Source of the DNA: Candidatus Latescibacterota bacterium
Lineage (GTDB): Bacteria > Latescibacterota > UBA2968 > UBA8231
Direction: 5' to 3'
Assembly (NCBI GenBank): GCA_965204725.1
Contig: OZ242005.1
Location: forward strand, 320,001-384,000
DNA: 64,000 bases
Shown: positions 60,379-64,000 of the stretch, in pieces
How positions within the stretch are numbered: position 1 is the first letter of the stretch
Layout of the letters: every line of letters starts with the position of its first letter
Notes under the pieces: generated by a model
What the model was told of the DNA's origin: nothing
Database searches by the model: none
Seen by the model: the letters and a program-made list of their open reading frames with translations, nothing else
Translations under genes and position numbers: made by a program

Positions 60379-61473
60379 ATGAGCCGCAAGCTACGGGTGG
60401 GCGTCCTCTGCGGCGGGCGCTCGGCCGAACACGAGGTCTCGGTGATTTCAGCGCGCTCAATGTTGGAAGCCATCGACGAGGACAAGTACGAGTTGGTGAT
60501 GATCGGCATCTCCAAGGAGGGCCGCTGGCTATCGGCAGCCGACACGCAGCAGCTTCTGGCATCTAGTCAAGTCCACGAGGACGGGCTAACGCCGGTCGCA
60601 CTAGACTATCTGGGGACGCGCACGCTCGTAGCGCAGCAAGGCGCTGGGCCGGACCAAGCCCTCGACGTAATTTTCCCGCTCTTGCATGGCCCCTACGGCG
60701 AGGACGGCACCGTGCAGGGCCTGATGGAACTGGCCAATATCGCGTATGTGGGGGCCGGGGTCGTCGGCTCGGCCGTGGGCATGGACAAGGAGATGATGAA
60801 GCGGGTCTTCAAGGCCGAGGGGTTGCCGCAGGTGGACTATCAGGTGGTGCGGCGCAGCCATTGGGAAAAAGACCGCGCCGGCGTGCGAGCCGCGATCGAG
60901 GCCGCGCTGGCCTATCCCGTCTTCGTCAAGCCAGTGAACCTCGGTTCGAGCGTCGGGGTGAGCAGGGCCGGTGATGGGGCCGAGCTCGCGCAGGCCATCG
61001 ACGAAGCAGCGCAATACGACTACAAGGTCGTGGTCGAGGCCGAAGCGAGCGGCTGCCGCGAAGTCGAGGTGGCGATCTTGGGCAACGAATCGCCGGAAGC
61101 GTCCATAGCCGGCGAGATCGTCCCCGGAAATGAGTTTTACGACTACAACGCCAAATACATTGACGACAATTCCGACCTGATCATTCCAGCGCGGATCGCA
61201 CCGGCCACCCAAGAGGCCGTGCGCGCAATGGGCATCCGGGCCTTTCAGGCGGTCGAAGCCTCGGGGTTGGCGCGGGTAGATTTCTTTGTGCGCGAAAACG
61301 ACGAGGCGATTTTTGTCAACGAGATCAACACCATGCCGGGGTTTACGCCCATCAGCATGTATCCCAAGCTGTGGGAGGCGAGCGGGGTGAGCTACGGGGC
61401 GTTGATCGACCGCTTGATTCAGCTGGGGGTCGAGCGGCACGCGGACAAGCAGAAAACCAAGACGGCGCGGTAG
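60379..61473 (+). CDS. ddl: D-alanine--D-alanine ligase
   Basis: GGRSAEHEVS, LHGPYGEDG, GSSVG, FYDYNAKY, NEINTMPGFT. Confidence 0.96.
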   Translation: MSRKLRVGVLCGGRSAEHEVSVISARSMLEAIDEDKYELVMIGISKEGRWLSAADTQQLLASSQVHEDGLTPVALDYLGTRTLVAQQGAGPDQALDVIFPLLHGPYGEDGTVQGLMELANIAYVGAGVVGSAVGMDKEMMKRVFKAEGLPQVDYQVVRRSHWEKDRAGVRAAIEAALAYPVFVKPVNLGSSVGVSRAGDGAELAQAIDEAAQYDYKVVVEAEASGCREVEVAILGNESPEASIAGEIVPGNEFYDYNAKYIDDNSDLIIPARIAPATQEAVRAMGIRAFQAVEASGLARVDFFVRENDEAIFVNEINTMPGFTPISMYPKLWEASGVSYGALIDRLIQLGVERHADKQKTKTAR

Positions 61474-61476
61474 CTC

Positions 61477-62184
61477 ATGCAGACAGTACGCTGGGAAAAG
61501 GGCAACGTCAGCAACCTGATTTCATTCGCCCTGTTGGTGGGGGGCCTATCCGGGCGCGGGGCCGGCGTCGGCGGCAGCGAGTGGGTGCTAGCGGTTGGGT
61601 TGTTTGGCTTTGCCGGCGGGGCGACCAACTGGTTGGCGGTAACGATGCTCTTCGACCGGGTGCCGTTGCTATACGGATCCGGGGTGATTCCGGCGCGGTT
61701 TCGCGCCATCCGGGAAGCGGTCAAAGACGCCATCATGCGCTACTTCTTCGACGAGGAGTATCTAGCGCGCTTTTTCGCCGGGCAGGCCGCCGGAGAGGAT
61801 GTAGGGGAAAAAGTGCAACAGGTGCTAGCGTCCGAGGAGGTTGACGCGATCATCGACCGCAAGCTGGCCCAGTTGGCATCCTCGTCGCAAGGAGCGATGA
61901 TCCAGCTAGTGGGGGTTCAGACGGTCAAGCCGCTGGTCAAGCAGTTTGTGATCGGAGTCGGGAGCGAGATCGCGCCGCTTTTGGCCGCAGGGGCCGGCCC
62001 CGAGGTCAAAGCGATACGGGCGCAGGTTGACGAGCTGCTAGAGGCCAAGTTAGAGGAACTGACGCCCGAGCGAGTCAAGGAGATGATGGAGGAAGTAATC
62101 CGCGAGCACTTGGGCTGGCTGATCGTCTGGGGCAATGTGTTCGGCGGCACTATTGGACTGGTATCTAAAGCACTGGGGTATTGA
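61477..62184 (+). CDS. DUF445 family membrane protein
   Basis: GGATNWLAVTMLF...GVIP and HLGWLIVWGNVFGG. Confidence 0.85.
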   Translation: MQTVRWEKGNVSNLISFALLVGGLSGRGAGVGGSEWVLAVGLFGFAGGATNWLAVTMLFDRVPLLYGSGVIPARFRAIREAVKDAIMRYFFDEEYLARFFAGQAAGEDVGEKVQQVLASEEVDAIIDRKLAQLASSSQGAMIQLVGVQTVKPLVKQFVIGVGSEIAPLLAAGAGPEVKAIRAQVDELLEAKLEELTPERVKEMMEEVIREHLGWLIVWGNVFGGTIGLVSKALGY

Positions 62185-62186
62185 TC

Positions 62187-62993
62187 ATGAGTCAATGGAA
62201 TTTGCGCGGCGAGGTGGTAGCCGTCATCGGCGGCACGGGCGTCCTCGGGGGGGCGATGGCCCAAGGATTGGCCGAGGCCGGGGCTTCGGTCGCGGTGTTG
62301 GGGCGCGCCCGCGACCGGGGGCACGAGCGGGTAGCGGCGATAGAGGCCGCCGGCGGCACGGGCATTTTCGCGGCCTGCGACGCCACGGACCAAGCGTCGC
62401 TCAAGGCGGCCCACGAAGCGGTTGTCGCGGCGTTGGGGCCGGTCAACGTGCTAGTCAACTCGGCCGGTGGCAATCAGCCGCAGGTTACTTTGACCGCCGA
62501 TCTGGACTTTACCGCGATAGCACCCGACGATTGGCAGCGTTGTTTCGACCTAAACTTGGGGGCGGGTGCGCTCTTGCCCTGCCAAGAATTTGGGGCGGCC
62601 ATGGTCGCGCAGGGCCGGGGCAGCATCATCAACATCGCCTCGGTCGCGGCCCACCTGCCGGTTTCGCGGGTGGTGGCGTACTCCGCGGCCAAGGCCGCCG
62701 TATTGAACCTAACGCAGTTCCTCGCCCGGGAGTGGGCCGACAAAGGCGTGCGGGTCAACTCCATCACGCCGGGCTTTTTCCCCGCCGAGCAGAACCGCCG
62801 CTTGCTCTTTGAAGACGACGGCACCCCAACCGAGCGCGGCCAACAAATCCTCTCCCACACGCCCATGAACCGCTTTGGCCGCCCTTCTGAGCTCGTCGGC
62901 GCGGCCGTGTTCCTCGCGTCGGACGCAGCCAGCGGCTTTGTCACCGGCACGGACATCCGCGTTGACGGGGGGTTTTTGGCGACGACGATTTAG
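62187..62993 (+). CDS. SDR oxidoreductase (D-mannonate/gluconate dehydrogenase-like)
   Basis: GGTGVLG, NSAGGN, YSAAK, PGFFPAEQN, HTPMNRFG. Confidence 0.9.
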   Translation: MSQWNLRGEVVAVIGGTGVLGGAMAQGLAEAGASVAVLGRARDRGHERVAAIEAAGGTGIFAACDATDQASLKAAHEAVVAALGPVNVLVNSAGGNQPQVTLTADLDFTAIAPDDWQRCFDLNLGAGALLPCQEFGAAMVAQGRGSIINIASVAAHLPVSRVVAYSAAKAAVLNLTQFLAREWADKGVRVNSITPGFFPAEQNRRLLFEDDGTPTERGQQILSHTPMNRFGRPSELVGAAVFLASDAASGFVTGTDIRVDGGFLATTI

Positions 62994-64000
62994 GTCCACA
63001 CCGTTTTGTATTCAAAAAAAGGCTCCAGCCCCAACTCGCCGTAGCGCCGGCCCAAGCCGCTCTGCTTAAAGCCACCCCAAGGCGTGCGATGGCTCAGCAT
63101 ACTGGCGCTGTTAATGGCCACAACCCCCACCTCCAATCGCCGCACAAAATAGCGTTGTCGCTCGGGATCAAGCGCCCACAGCGAAACGAGCAGTCCGTAG
63201 TCCGTATCGTTGGCCAACGCCAATGCCTCGTCGTCGCTGTCAAACGTCAGCACGGATACGACCGGCCCGAAAATTTCGTCGCGGCACACCGGCCCGGACT
63301 GATCGGCAAAGGCAAAAGCCGTAGGCTCAAAGTAGCAACCCTTCGCGTACTCGGCCCCCGGCGGACGAGTGCCGCCAAACAGCAAGTCCCCCTGTGCTTT
63401 TCCCATCTCGACGTAGCGCTCCACGCGCTCTACCGCCGCCCGGTCGATCAACAGGCTGGGGCCGGCGGCCCGCGCCTTTTCTTTGAGCAGAGCGATAAAT
63501 TCGTCGCGCAACGATTCGTGCAGCAAAACCCGACTTATGGCCGAGCACGCCTGCCCGGGGAAGGCCGAGGCTACGGTCGCGGTCGCCGCCGCGGCTAGGT
63601 CGGCGTCGGGCCAGACGATCTGCGCCGTTTTGTTGCCCAGATTTAGCTGCACGCGCTTGAGGTCTTTGGCCGCCGCGGCCATGACTTTCTTGCCCGTCGC
63701 CGTGCTGCCGGTAAAACAGATCAGCCGTGTAGCGGGGTGCGCGACGAGCGCCTGACCCACCTCAGGCCCCTTGCCGCTGAGCGCGTTGACCACCCCGGCC
63801 GGGAAACCGGCTTTGTGGAATGCCTGCATGGTCTTGAGTGCCTGCGGTGCTTCTTGGTCGGGTGCTTTAAGCACAACTGTATTGCCGGCGACCAGTGCCG
63901 GCACGGCCGATAAAAGGGTCGCCAGCAGCGGCCCGTTGAACGGGGCAAAGATGGCAACGGGACCCAGCGGTTCCCGATACACATAATTGGTGCCTTGGTC
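62990..64000 (-). CDS. Aldehyde dehydrogenase family protein (3' part; starts beyond the window)
   Basis: REPLG, FTGSTATG, GQAC, EIFGPV, PWGGFKQSG. Confidence 0.9.
   Translation of the reverse strand, partial: DQGTNYVYREPLGPVAIFAPFNGPLLATLLSAVPALVAGNTVVLKAPDQEAPQALKTMQAFHKAGFPAGVVNALSGKGPEVGQALVAHPATRLICFTGSTATGKKVMAAAAKDLKRVQLNLGNKTAQIVWPDADLAAAATATVASAFPGQACSAISRVLLHESLRDEFIALLKEKARAAGPSLLIDRAAVERVERYVEMGKAQGDLLFGGTRPPGAEYAKGCYFEPTAFAFADQSGPVCRDEIFGPVVSVLTFDSDDEALALANDTDYGLLVSLWALDPERQRYFVRRLEVGVVAINSASMLSHRTPWGGFKQSGLGRRYGELGLEPFFEYKTVWT

Overview
GC-rich chromosomal segment from a bacterium that I infer belongs to the FCB superphylum (Latescibacterota/Gemmatimonadota-like), based on PorU/PorV genes and C-terminal-domain cargo proteins. 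The backbone is housekeeping: ftsH (partial), tilS, lexA, glycerate kinase, era, purD-folB-folK-panC, rpmB, a polyprenyl synthase, apbE, secDF, yggS-yggT-ileS-dksA-lspA-rluD and ddl. A T9SS-like surface-protein operon lies at 14.5-31 kb. Four accessory features interrupt the backbone. (1) 5.9-10.9 kb: a eukaryote-like sterol delta7-reductase, then a Type IIG/ISP-like restriction-modification enzyme whose C-terminus resembles a VapB-type antitoxin, translationally coupled to a PIN/VapC toxin. (2) 17.9-20.3 kb: two orphan DNA methyltransferases bracketed by inverted copies of a double-hairpin REP-like repeat. (3) 45.8-57.3 kb: a lower-GC operon under a sigma54 promoter, built around a secreted 6-Cys peptide. 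It also encodes a flavinylation-motif CxxC protein, a thioredoxin-like protein, a 6-bladed propeller, a MacB-type permease, a TPR protein, a glycosyltransferase-transglutaminase fusion and a GT2. This is my best candidate for an undescribed system. (4) Small coiled-coil genes with a C-terminal membrane anchor, two carrying 33-bp repeats and one flanked by a duplicated gene end. All calls come from reading motifs by eye; no database searches were run.
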